A DNA stretch of 63,691 nt, filler included, from Pelomyxa schiedti (lineage: Eukaryota > Protista > Evosea): the NCBI GenBank assembly GCA_020536535.1. It is 10 parts of 10 records of this genome, joined end to end, with 100 filler letters (N's around TTAATTAATTAA, not from the genome) between each part and the next. Parts side by side here need not be neighbours in the genome. Positions count along the whole stretch, not along the records: positions 10,561 to 15,665 come from JAHLWZ010001523.1; positions 15,766 to 16,925 come from JAHLWZ010002751.1; positions 17,026 to 18,262 come from JAHLWZ010002662.1; positions 18,363 to 19,543 come from JAHLWZ010002731.1; positions 19,644 to 25,885 come from JAHLWZ010000706.1; 5 more parts are not named here. One strand, 5' to 3'. The stretch's first letter is position 1. Each line of letters begins with the position of its first letter. The notes under the pieces are model-generated. The model made no database searches and was not told the DNA's origin. It worked only from the letters and a program-made list of their open reading frames with translations. A program made the position numbers and the translations under genes. Of this stretch, positions 13,515 through 24,000 are shown piece by piece.

Positions 13515-13741
13515 GGCCACCTCCGTAGTTCGTTGGAAGGTTGCCCAATGTGGCTGGGGCAGCCCTGTAGGCGCCGAAAGACGCCACAGCAGGACTCCAA
13601 AGTACGGGGAGAGCCGAGCCTGAGAAGGCTCCCCCTGAGGAGTGACACCCTCCAAAACCAAACCTCAACGACCACCCCACCAGCAGCCTCTCCCACGAGA
13701 GAGGCTTGGCAAAATGGCTGAGAGGCAGGGCTTTGGCAATT
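13515..13741. ncRNA. Candidate structured RNA (family unassigned)
   Basis: GC-rich intergenic island with several hairpins (GAAA and GAGA tetraloops on +) and a long-range closing stem; see findings. Confidence 0.35.
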
Positions 13742-14426
13742 GCATCAATCCGATCACGATCACGACGATCACCCCCCAATTCGGCAATCAACGGTCGTCA
13801 CAAATAGCAGAGCAGAGGGCCAAGGAGGAACAACAGCAAGAGTTAGTTCCTTCTTCCTCTCGGCTGTTGGCACAGGAACAAAAAAAAAAAAAAAAAAAAA
13901 ATTTGTGTGTTTTGTTTTTAATTGGATGTTGACAGGGATCGAACACAGCCAGGGACAACTATAGGTCACTACCAGCCTCACTCCATCCCCACCAACTCCA
14001 ATTGTCCCACCGCCGGCTGCGACTTAAATTGTCTCCGTTTTTCCGGAAGTCGAAATTGTGGGTCGTCGATTATTTCATAATTTCTCGTTGTGCTGAGTTC
14101 GATTGGCTTGGCAGATCTTACTTGGTTTTTTTCGTTTGAAGCGGGTTTACGTGCCGCGATGAACACTAGTGCGTCGGCCGCGGACAGGCGCAATAATCAA
14201 CCGCAAGTGGTTGGGTCTATTCTTCTTCTTTTTTTTTTTTTTTTTCACCCGACACCAACCAACCAACCACACAACAAAGAAAAAACAGCGATGGTAGTCG
14301 CCCAACAAAAACGCTTTCCAAGATCTTGAAACTACTCTCGGAGTACCACCTTCCGACGTTCTATGTTTTGTATCAGATCGTATACCCCCACCACATTGGC
14401 ACCACCATCACAAAGAATCCGCCACC

Positions 14427-15237
14427 GTGGCCATGGCCTTTTGTTCGTGCAAAAGGCACAATGGCTCTTGTAAATGGAGTACGTCGACCACTATACACCA
14501 CCTGCAGCACTATGATGAAAAGGAAACGCGCTTTCTTGTTGTTGTTGCTGAAGCCTTTTACCCCATGTTCTGCGATGTCACATTGAAGCGGCTCCAACTC
14601 AAACTAGGAAGCTTCACCAACATTATCAATGCTTGTGCCGCTCATGGGGCACTTAAAGTAGGCCGCCACTATCTTAAAAAGTATTGGAACCAGTTTCAGT
14701 CTTACCCTGTTACAACTCCAGGTTTGTTTTTTTTCGCTTTTTCAAAAGCCCTCACTGTTCTCACATTTATTTATTCCCAATCAATTCGAAGGTGTTTTGC
14801 ATTATGGCGTATCACATGAGCAGTTCCAGTTTCTTGAAGTATGGCTTAATGAAGTTTCCCCTTCATCAAGGACAGATCGCGGGCACACCAGAGTGCTGGC
14901 ACAACTTCATGCTGAACTACAACAACGAAACCACTACTACAACCTGCAAGTTGCAATCTGCATGGGTATTGCTCTGGCATGGCGCTCCAGTTTGTCACTA
15001 GTGGAAGAAGGAAAAAGTGAAAGAGCCGAAGTGTCCAAATCTCACATGAAACAGCTGGCGTTGTGTCAAAAACCAAGAAATTGGAGTTATATGACCCCCA
15101 ATATTTTAAAACCCTTTGGAACCACCGTTTATTTTTTAGAGTCTTCCTATCTCCTTCCCAGTGTTTGTCACTTGGAACTGCAGAAGAAAAAGAAAACAAA
15201 AAAAAAGCCATTTGGTGGTGAACCAGCAAACTCTTAA
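14427..15237 (+). CDS. Hypothetical two-exon protein (possibly divergent helical repeats)
   Basis: ORFs 14427-14819 and 14797-15237 can be joined by a GT-AG intron at about 14722-14791. Confidence 0.35.
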
Positions 15238-15665
15238 TGGCACAAAGGGACGAGGAGGAGGACGAGGAGCGGGCAATAATGCGGCAAACGGAGGAGGACG
15301 AGGCGAACAAGTTCGTAACGAGGTTATTAAACAACAACATGATGGATGGGTTTCTACAGCGTCCCGATTGCTCAGACGCCATGCGCCTCTCCCAATGGTA
15401 CGAGAGTAGCTCCTACGGGTTTATCCCAGATGGCATCATGGTTGCGGCAATGCTAGAAGAGGCTGCTTTTCACAACAACGTAGATGCCATGTCACGGCTT
15501 GCTCGCGAGTACCTGTTCGTTGGAAGCGCAGATTGGATGGATCATCCTATGCCTTACGATATAGATAGGGCACGGCACTGGTTCAAGATGCTACGTGATG
15601 GATCAGGCCTGTCTGACGTTGCAGCAGAATTCTACAAACTCGGTGCAATCGACAAAGCTATTTCA
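15237..15665 (+). CDS. Sel1-like repeat protein, 3' truncated
   Basis: EEAAFHNNVDAMSRLAREYL...DIDRARHWF resembles a Sel1 repeat; the ORF runs into the linker. Confidence 0.5.
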
Positions 15666-16003
15666 NNNNNNNNNNNNNNNNNNNNNNNNNNNNNNNNNNN
15701 NNNNNNNNNTTAATTAATTAANNNNNNNNNNNNNNNNNNNNNNNNNNNNNNNNNNNNNNNNNNNNAGGTAGATTCAGCAATGGAGTACATCCCAAAACAC
15801 ATAACCACCCAACCAACAACCCCTAGGTGCCCAGCCATGATTTTTTTTTAAAGTTTCGTTGTGTAAACGGCCGGTGGTGCCTCTTAGCAGAAAGCTGGAT
15901 GGACTTCGAAGACCAGAAACTGATGAATGGGTGGTTTTGGATTTGGCATCAGGAGGGAAGAATTCGACCTGCTGGTGAATGTCGGTAAAACGGAAAGCAA
16001 TTT

Positions 16004-16311
16004 TTGGCCTTGGGCTTGAATAAAAGTGGGAAAAAGTGCTTGGCCTTGGGCTTGAATAAAAGTGGGAAAAAGTGCTTGGCCTTGGGCTTGAGACTTGAGA
16101 GGAGTGTAAGGCGGAAGTAACAAAATCGTGGCACCTAATTACAAAGGTGAAAATTAGGCACAAGATTAGAACTGGAAATTACCTTGGACTTCTTGCTTGA
16201 CCTCTTGAAATCGAGACAAAGTTGTAAAAGTGGGAAAAAGTGGGAAAAAGTGGGAAAAAGTGCTTGGCCTTGGGCTTGAATAAAAGTGGGAAAAAGTGCT
16301 TGGCCTTGGGC
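16004..16311. repeat. Two clusters of a 36-bp unit (TTGGCCTTGGGCTTGAATAAAAGTGGGAAAAAGTGC) with a 10-bp AAAAGTGGGA sub-repeat
   Basis: Exact copies at 16004-16090 and 16226-16311. Confidence 0.85.
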
Positions 16312-17989
16312 TCGAAAGTTGTAATTACACAAATGCTAGATCAAGCAGGGTATGCAGTTTCCAGCGGTGGTAGAAACGATACTAGGTAGCTCCATTCAGT
16401 TGGCAGAAAACAGCTACGAGATTAGTTATTAGTGCATTGCCATGAGCGATTAATTGCAAAACGAAATACTATGAAAAAAACCCACAACAAAAAACAAGTG
16501 GTAAGTACGGCTGTAATACCTGTGTTTTGTTGCCGGTACCGGTGGCTGGTTTTTGATTTTCTGACTCGATTTGTTTGTTTTACTAAATAATGCGGATCTG
16601 GATCCCAGAGATTTAAAAGGCGCGAAACAGTAATTAAAAAGCAACTGTGCAGTTGGAGCTATTTTAGTTTTTGGTACTAATACGATGGTGCGTACTCAAT
16701 GCCGTGCTGACGTACAACGAAATAAACCTGATGTTGCGCACATTGTTGGTGCCGGCGAATTCGAAGTAGTTGGATCTTGTGCCAATATTCACAGTCGCAG
16801 TGTCGAGGAGGTTCAGAAGTTTGGTCGAAGGCTGGAGAACTGGGGAGCCTTTTTGGTTTTTTTTGGGAGGATCACGCTCGACCTGTTCCTCAGTACTTAT
16901 TTTTTGCACCTCGTCTCTACTGCCCNNNNNNNNNNNNNNNNNNNNNNNNNNNNNNNNNNNNNNNNNNNNTTAATTAATTAANNNNNNNNNNNNNNNNNNN
17001 NNNNNNNNNNNNNNNNNNNNNNNNNTGACTGATTGATTCTCTGAAACTCATTACACTGAATTCACGGCGAGTCAAATGAGAAAAACAGAATTTTTTAGTG
17101 AGCAAGGCAGCGTGAAGCGCGGTTGGCGCGGCGCCGCGGCGGCAGCGCGGTGTGTGTGTTCGTTGAATTGTGTCTTTTGATTATCGCAAGAACCACAAAA
17201 AAAATCGACGAGGGGAGGCCATGCCACCAGTGGTGAAGAGGAACAAGCAGTGGACAAGCAGTACCCTTTTTGTTGTCTTCTTCGCCACAACAACCTGTAT
17301 TAGAAGTCTCCGCATTACACCAGTATTTACGGCAGCTTTCCACCAGTATGTGGCTTCTTCTTTCTTCGTTTTCTCACGTAGGATGATTTAGGTGCCGGAC
17401 GTGGTGTCTGTAATCCCAGCTGGCTAGGTAACTTCCTTCTGTATTTTATTTTTCTGGCACGGTGGTATGTATCTTTTTTTTACAGATGCACCAGCTGCCG
17501 AGATGGCAACCGCCAACGTACATCCCACCCCCCTTGTCACCCCACTCAACGTACTAGGTAACAGAATGGGCACCAGGCCGAATTCACTCCCCATCCTCAC
17601 CGAAATCGACTTCATACAAAAAAAAAAAAGTTTTCCGCGTTTTGGAGAGAAGCGGGCGTTGTGGGTACGCATGAGAGTCAAAGAGTAAGAAGAAGGGAAA
17701 TTTGGGCCTGGTTGTGCACCCGTCACGGTAAAGTGTGGTAGTTGGAAAGCGGAAAAGCGGGAGAGTGGGTTAGGAGAGTTGGGGTTGGTCAGTCCGGTAC
17801 CTACAACTGTTCAGCAATGACAAAAAAGGAGATGGATGTACGTCAGTGGTTGTCATGTCAGCAGCGGCAGGCAAGTTGACCACCTAAGTGTAAAAAAAAA
17901 CCAGTGCTGAAAGAACAGATGGAATTACCTTGCCCACTGGAATGATAGTTATCTACTATGGGCCTTATTACAAGGCGTAAATGCGTAAA

Positions 17990-18125
17990 AAATTACTTTT
18001 AATTAAATTAATAAATTATTAATTATTAATTAAATAAATAAATTAAATAATAAATAATTAATAAATAAAACATAAATATATATAAATTAATTTAATTGAT
18101 TCAGAAACAAAACAATTAATATTAG
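17990..18125. other. Extremely AT-rich tract
   Basis: About 110 nt composed almost entirely of A/T, in an otherwise mixed-composition contig. Confidence 0.8.
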
Positions 18126-19643
18126 ATGGCACGATGTGATGGAAGAGACAAGGCGGGTACCGCTTGTTCCTCTTCACCCCAGAGCGGCATGGTCTCCCCT
18201 AGTAGCAGCGATTTTTTTGATGGTGTGGAGATAAACAAAGAGACAAGTCACTGCACAGTCTCNNNNNNNNNNNNNNNNNNNNNNNNNNNNNNNNNNNNNN
18301 NNNNNNTTAATTAATTAANNNNNNNNNNNNNNNNNNNNNNNNNNNNNNNNNNNNNNNNNNNNTGTTTGAAACCAGGGAAAACCTTTGCGTCACATGTTGT
18401 TGTGTCTTTGAGTAAACCGGGATCACTATTACTATCCAGAATTCATGCTTATGCTGGTTTTAAATCTGATAGAAGTATGAAAAGATTATATCCATCCAAA
18501 TCAGCACTCCACATAGAGTTACACTACGGCGTTGTTCCATTTGAAAGTCTGAAGGAAATCAATTTGTCAAAACTTTTGCAACTAAGAACGAGTTTTGTCA
18601 AGATGAGTGCTGATGCAAATGAAGATCCAGTTCACTTTGTCACACTGGCCAAAAATGGTACAACTTCAGGTCACAGTGATTTATCTAAAAATTTGCATAA
18701 GACACAAGCGATGAAACTGTTCCACACTATCTTTTGCGTAAACTTCCACCTACTGTGTCCTTTTTTTGTCTCAACTATTCAAAGACCACATCGAAATTAC
18801 TGCTCAAAGAACGGGATTGGGCAATGGTGCCTGCTCTTCTTCACTTCTGCCCTCAAACAGAGTGAACCTGGTCTGTGTAATCCCTTTGTTTTTGCACTCA
18901 CTTTGACAAAGGACTGTACACCTTCATTTCTGCCACTCCGTTTCAGCAATCAGCACAGCTCAACCAATTTCTGAATGGCACAATAATTGGAGCCACAGGA
19001 ACTTGGAAGAAATTCCAAGTCATCTTGGGTCCCATATTGGCGCCTCTATGCCCCGCTGCTTACTATTACGCAGTACATCCTGCCGAAAAACCTCATACTT
19101 TTGGTTAGAGTCCCTATCTGGAGCTATCTAACCCACTTTAGTGGCACCACACCGGCTCTAAGGCAGGGTACCCACAATGTTGTTGACCAGACAGGAATTC
19201 CATGAGTATTTGGCATAATAAGAAAAACCACCAGACCACGTTTTCGCCATCGCCTCCAATGAAAATTCCGATCATTTTTACTCTCACTTGTTGTTGTCCG
19301 GCAAGTAGTGCTATTACAGGGACAGCACTTAATGTTCCCCGTAGCCAATGCATCCTGTTTTATTTTCGTATGATGGCAACAACAGGCGTAGTCACAACTG
19401 GGAGTGGCGGAGATCTGCGTGATGGTGGTGTTGATACTACGAGTACGAGAGATAATGCACAGCCGTCCAGTGTCGAGAGATCTGTGGTTGGTTGTGTAGG
19501 AGTTGGTGACGTCGATGTGGAACCAGAAACTGGCACCCCGAGGNNNNNNNNNNNNNNNNNNNNNNNNNNNNNNNNNNNNNNNNNNNNTTAATTAATTAAN
19601 NNNNNNNNNNNNNNNNNNNNNNNNNNNNNNNNNNNNNNNNNNN

Positions 19644-19840
19644 TTCAGAAGGCTGCCGATGATGATAAAAACCAAGAAGCCATGCACAACCTGGCTGTTT
19701 ATTATTATGGTGGAACAGGTGTCAAGCAAGACTTCAGCAAGGCTGCAGCTCTCTTCCAGCAGGCCCTTGATTTCGGACACACAGGTTCAGCTTATGGACT
19801 TGGGCTCTGCTACTTCGATGGGGTCTCTGAATCACAGGTC
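19644..19840 (+). CDS. Sel1-repeat protein fragment
   Basis: KAADDDKNQEAMHNLAVYYYGGTGVKQDFSKAAALFQQALDFGHTGSAYGLGLCYFDG is a canonical Sel1 repeat pair. Confidence 0.8.
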
Positions 19841-20212
19841 AGTGGTTTGGAAAATGAGAGGAGACATGTGGAGAAACAAGCAACAACGGGTTGCAGGGAC
19901 TGTAGGCTTGTTTCTGATTGTTGATGTTTTGTGCCGTGGGGGGGTTGCTGCGGCGACGACGAATCAGGTCCCACCTCGGCACCGTGGTCCTGACATGAAA
20001 CACAGAGTTCGAATTATTCGATGAGTACAACGAGGGAAGACCATGCCACTAGTGGTGAAGTGATAGTTGAAATAAAAATTAATAATGTAGAAAGGTCTTT
20101 TCCAACCCATACGAAAAGTCCCGCCATGACACCATCCCTTTGTTGTATTTGCAGCAGCTTTCCACTGATGAAGACAGTTGTGGCTGTCATCCCATAGAAA
20201 AAAAAAACTGAG

Positions 20213-20795
20213 ATGGAAGGCGCAACAGAGTTCGACGACGATGCGGCCCGTTTGGAAGCAAAGACAGGAGCGCAGAGGGTACATTCTCAGTGTGTCGTTG
20301 ACGGTCTGGCGTGAAATCGTTCCCCTGGCGGTGCCTGCAAAGCAGTTATGGGTGCTGGTGCAGTCGAGGAGGACATGAAACGACGAAGAGGAAGGTGGTT
20401 GTGGTGCACCACGGTATTTTTTGGGCTGGGGTGCGCGGGTCTTGCAAGGAGCGAGAGGTGCGCTGAATGGGTTGTGGGACACGCCGTCGGAACGGGGAAT
20501 AACAACAAGGAGTGCCTCACTGTGCTCAAAGGACTCTGTGCTGGTATTACCTCTGATATGATTATTGGAGGACTTGTGTGTGGCTGTTTGATCCACTTGG
20601 CATGTGTATGTAAATGTGTATGATGAAGAAGCTTATCACACACGACATGAAGGAGTCCACTTGGAGGTGGCACACGAACTTGTTGTTTGTATGTATGGGC
20701 TGCCTGAAGACACACATAGAGTCAGAGCACCATTGGTCATTCTCCCACACACCCCCTTCGGACCACTCTTGGCGTTATATCGAGCCGGAGGGTAA
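20213..20795 (+). pseudogene. Degenerate member of an expanded divergent ankyrin-like family
   Basis: LARSERCAEWVVG...NNKECLTVLKGLCAG|VHLEVAHELV with an in-frame stop upstream and early termination. Confidence 0.4.
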
Positions 20796-21016
20796 ATCAG
20801 CACCCACTACAACAACAAGCCTCTCTAACATTGGTGGGGGAGCCACGTGTGTGTTTTCGCAACAGTCAACCCTCCACACCTCCCCAGCGTCGGGGGTCGT
20901 CGCACCGCTCAACCTCACTAGTGATGTTTTCTGTTGTGTTGGTTTTTTGATCAAGCAAGCTTTCATGGAACGTTGGCAAAACGGAAATAGATTTTGCTGT
21001 AGTAGCCGGCACAACC

Positions 21017-24000
21017 ATGTTTCAGTGGTTCAAGTCACACAAGGGGCCACGTGTGGGACCCGATGAGTGGTTCCGTGCCGCGTTTGCTGGCGACACCGAC
21101 ACACTGCGGAGTCTGCTGGCCCGCGACCACTACCTACTAAACTCTGTATCCGACGAACTACAACGAGTGGTGTGAAATGCGTATAAACGCCTTTTTTTTT
21201 TTTTGTTCACACGATAATGATTCGTTTTGCGCGGGCGCACGCGCACACACAGACAGCGTTGCATGCGGCCACGTGGGCGGGGAAACCACAATGCGTTGAG
21301 TTCCTGTTGTCAATGAATATTGATGTCAATTCTCAGGTTTAAGGGCCCTTATTTTGGGGTACTCACTCACAAACTTGTATCTCTCACTTCACAGACTGTG
21401 TGCTCTACTATCCTGATTATGTTTTCACTCTCTTTCCTCTAAAAACGTAAATTACAGGGGGTGCCTGTACGTCTTATTGCGTTTAATTATTAATTTTCTG
21501 ACTTGCTTCAATTTCTCTCTCTTTGCTTCACTCTGATAAACTCAGCGAGTGTGTAACTGCTCCCAACCCTATTTATTCATCAATTTCTGACTTCCTTCAA
21601 TTTCTCTCTCTTTTCTTCACTCTGTGATAAACTCAGCAAGTGTGTAACGACTTCCAACCCTTTTTATTGCGTTTATTCATCAATTTCTGACTTGCTTCAA
21701 TTTCTCTCTCTTTCCTTCTCTCTGTGGAATGTTTAGTTTGTGTGTAACTGCTCCCCAACCCTGTTTATTCATCAAATTCTGACTTGCTCCAATTTCTCTC
21801 TCCTTGCTTCACTCTGTGATAAACTCAGGAAGTATGTAACTGCTCCCAACCCTTTTTATTGCGTTTATTCATCAATTTCTGACTTGTTTCAATTTCTCTC
21901 TCTTTTCTTCACTCTGTGATAAACTCAGTCAGTGTGTAACTGCTCCAAACCCTTTTTATGGTGTTTATTCATCAATTTCTGACTTGCTTCAATTTCTCTC
22001 TCTTTTCTTCACTCTGTGGCATGTTTAGTGTGTGTGTAACTGCTCCCAACCCTTTTTCATCAATTTCTGACTTGCTTCAATTTCTCTCTCTTTTCTTCAC
22101 TCTGTGGAATGTTTAGTATGTATGTAATCGCTCCCAACCATTTTTATTGCCGTTATTCATCTAATTCTGACTTGCTTCAATTTCTCTCTCTTTTCTTCAC
22201 TCTGTGATAAACTCAGCCAGTGTGTAACTGCTCCCAACCCTGTTTATTCATCGAATTCTGACTTGCTTCAATTTCTCTCTCTTTTCTTCGCTCTGTGATA
22301 AACTCAGCGAGTGTGTAACTGCTCCCACCCCTTTTTATTGCGGTTATTCATCAAATTCTGACTTGCTTCAATTTCTCTCTCTTTTCTTCGCCCTGTGATA
22401 AACTCAGCAAGTGTGCAACTGCTCCCCATCCCTTTTTATTGTGTTTATTCATCAATTTCTGACTTGCTTCAATTTCTCTCTCTTTGCTTCACTCTGTGAC
22501 ATGTTTAGTTTGTGTGTAACTGCTCCCAACCCTTTTTATTGCGTTTATTCATCAATTTCTGACTTGCTTCAATTTCTCTCTCTTTTCTTCTCTCTGTGGC
22601 ATGTTTAGTTTGTGTGTAACTGCTCCGAACCCTTTTTATTGCCTTTATCCATCCATTTCTGACTTGCTTCAATTTCTCTCTCTTTTCTTCGCTCTGTGAT
22701 AAACTCAGTCGGTGTGTAACTGCTCCCAACCCTTTTTATTTCGTTTATTCATCAATTTCTGACTTGTTTCAATTTCTCTCTCTTTTCTTCTCTCTGTGGC
22801 ATGCTTAGTTTGTGTGTAACTGCTCCCAACCCTTTTTATTGCGTTTATTCATCAAATTCTGACTTGCTCCAATTTCTCTCTCTTTTCTTCACTCTGTGAT
22901 AAACTCAGTCAGTGTGTAACTGCTCCCAACCCGTTCTATTGCGGTTATTCATCAATTTCTGACTTGCTTCAATTTCTCTCTCTTTTCTTCTCTCCGTGGA
23001 ATGTTTAGTATGTGTGTAATGTGTGTAACTGCTCCGAACCCTTTTTATTGCGTTTATTCATTGATTTCTGACTTGCTTCAATTTTCTTCACTCTGTTATA
23101 AACTCAGGAAGTATGTAACTGCTTCTAACCTTTTTTATTGCGTTTATTCATCAATTTCTGACTTGCTTCAATTTCTCTCTCTTTCCCTCTCTCTGTGGAA
23201 TGTTTAGTATGTGTGTAACTGCTCCCAACCCTTTTTTATTGACTTGCTTCAATGTCTCTCTCTTTCCTTCTCTCTGTGGAATGTTTAGTATGTGTGTAAC
23301 CGCTCCCCAACCCTTTTTCAAATTCTGACTTGCTCCAATTTCTCTCTGTGACACTTTTTTTCATTTTTCTACCTGTTGTTGGATAATTGGATCCTTTTAT
23401 TACCATAAAGGGAGTAAGTACACTCCCTGCCAGCTTTTTGTTCTAACTTTCCACGATTTTTATGCTCACTGCTGCAGATTGTATGAACTCCACTCCTTGA
23501 ATCTTTCCTGTGCTTACCTTCTTATTTTTCAGGAAGTATGACTTTTTTCTTGTTCTTGTTGTTCCTCACATATCTTTTGGGGTCTCTTTATAATTGGAAG
23601 GGTGATGTATGTACCCTTTGGTTGATGCTTGACACAAAACTTAATTTTCGTCTCCTTCTCTCCCAGACCACGCTTCATCTTGCCTGCAGAGAAGGAAACG
23701 TTGCGATTGCGAAACAACTTCTATCTTGTGTGGCTATCAGCACTCACATCAAGGTTGTTTCCCCCTATTTGATATGTGTTGTAATTTTCCTGTTGGCACA
23801 GAACAAGGAGGGAAAAACAGCACTTGATAGCTCGAAAAATGATCAAGTGCGTCAAGCCGTGTGTCCAGTGACAACATCAGCAATAACGCAGGCAGTCACC
23901 TCTCCCAAAACATCCCAACAACAACCACATCCCAGACCGCCCTCTACTACGAACGATCCATCACCATCATCATTCACCCCACCAAAACCACAGCCACAAA

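Noticed and set aside
13634-13660. Hammerhead ribozyme core (CTGAGGA) or HDV-like ribozyme
   Set aside because: No correctly placed GAAA after stem II, and no canonical P3/L3 for HDV; family left unassigned.
21475-23350. CRISPR array
   Set aside because: No unique spacers, ~100-bp units, no cas genes, eukaryotic intron context; splice-signal structure explains it better.
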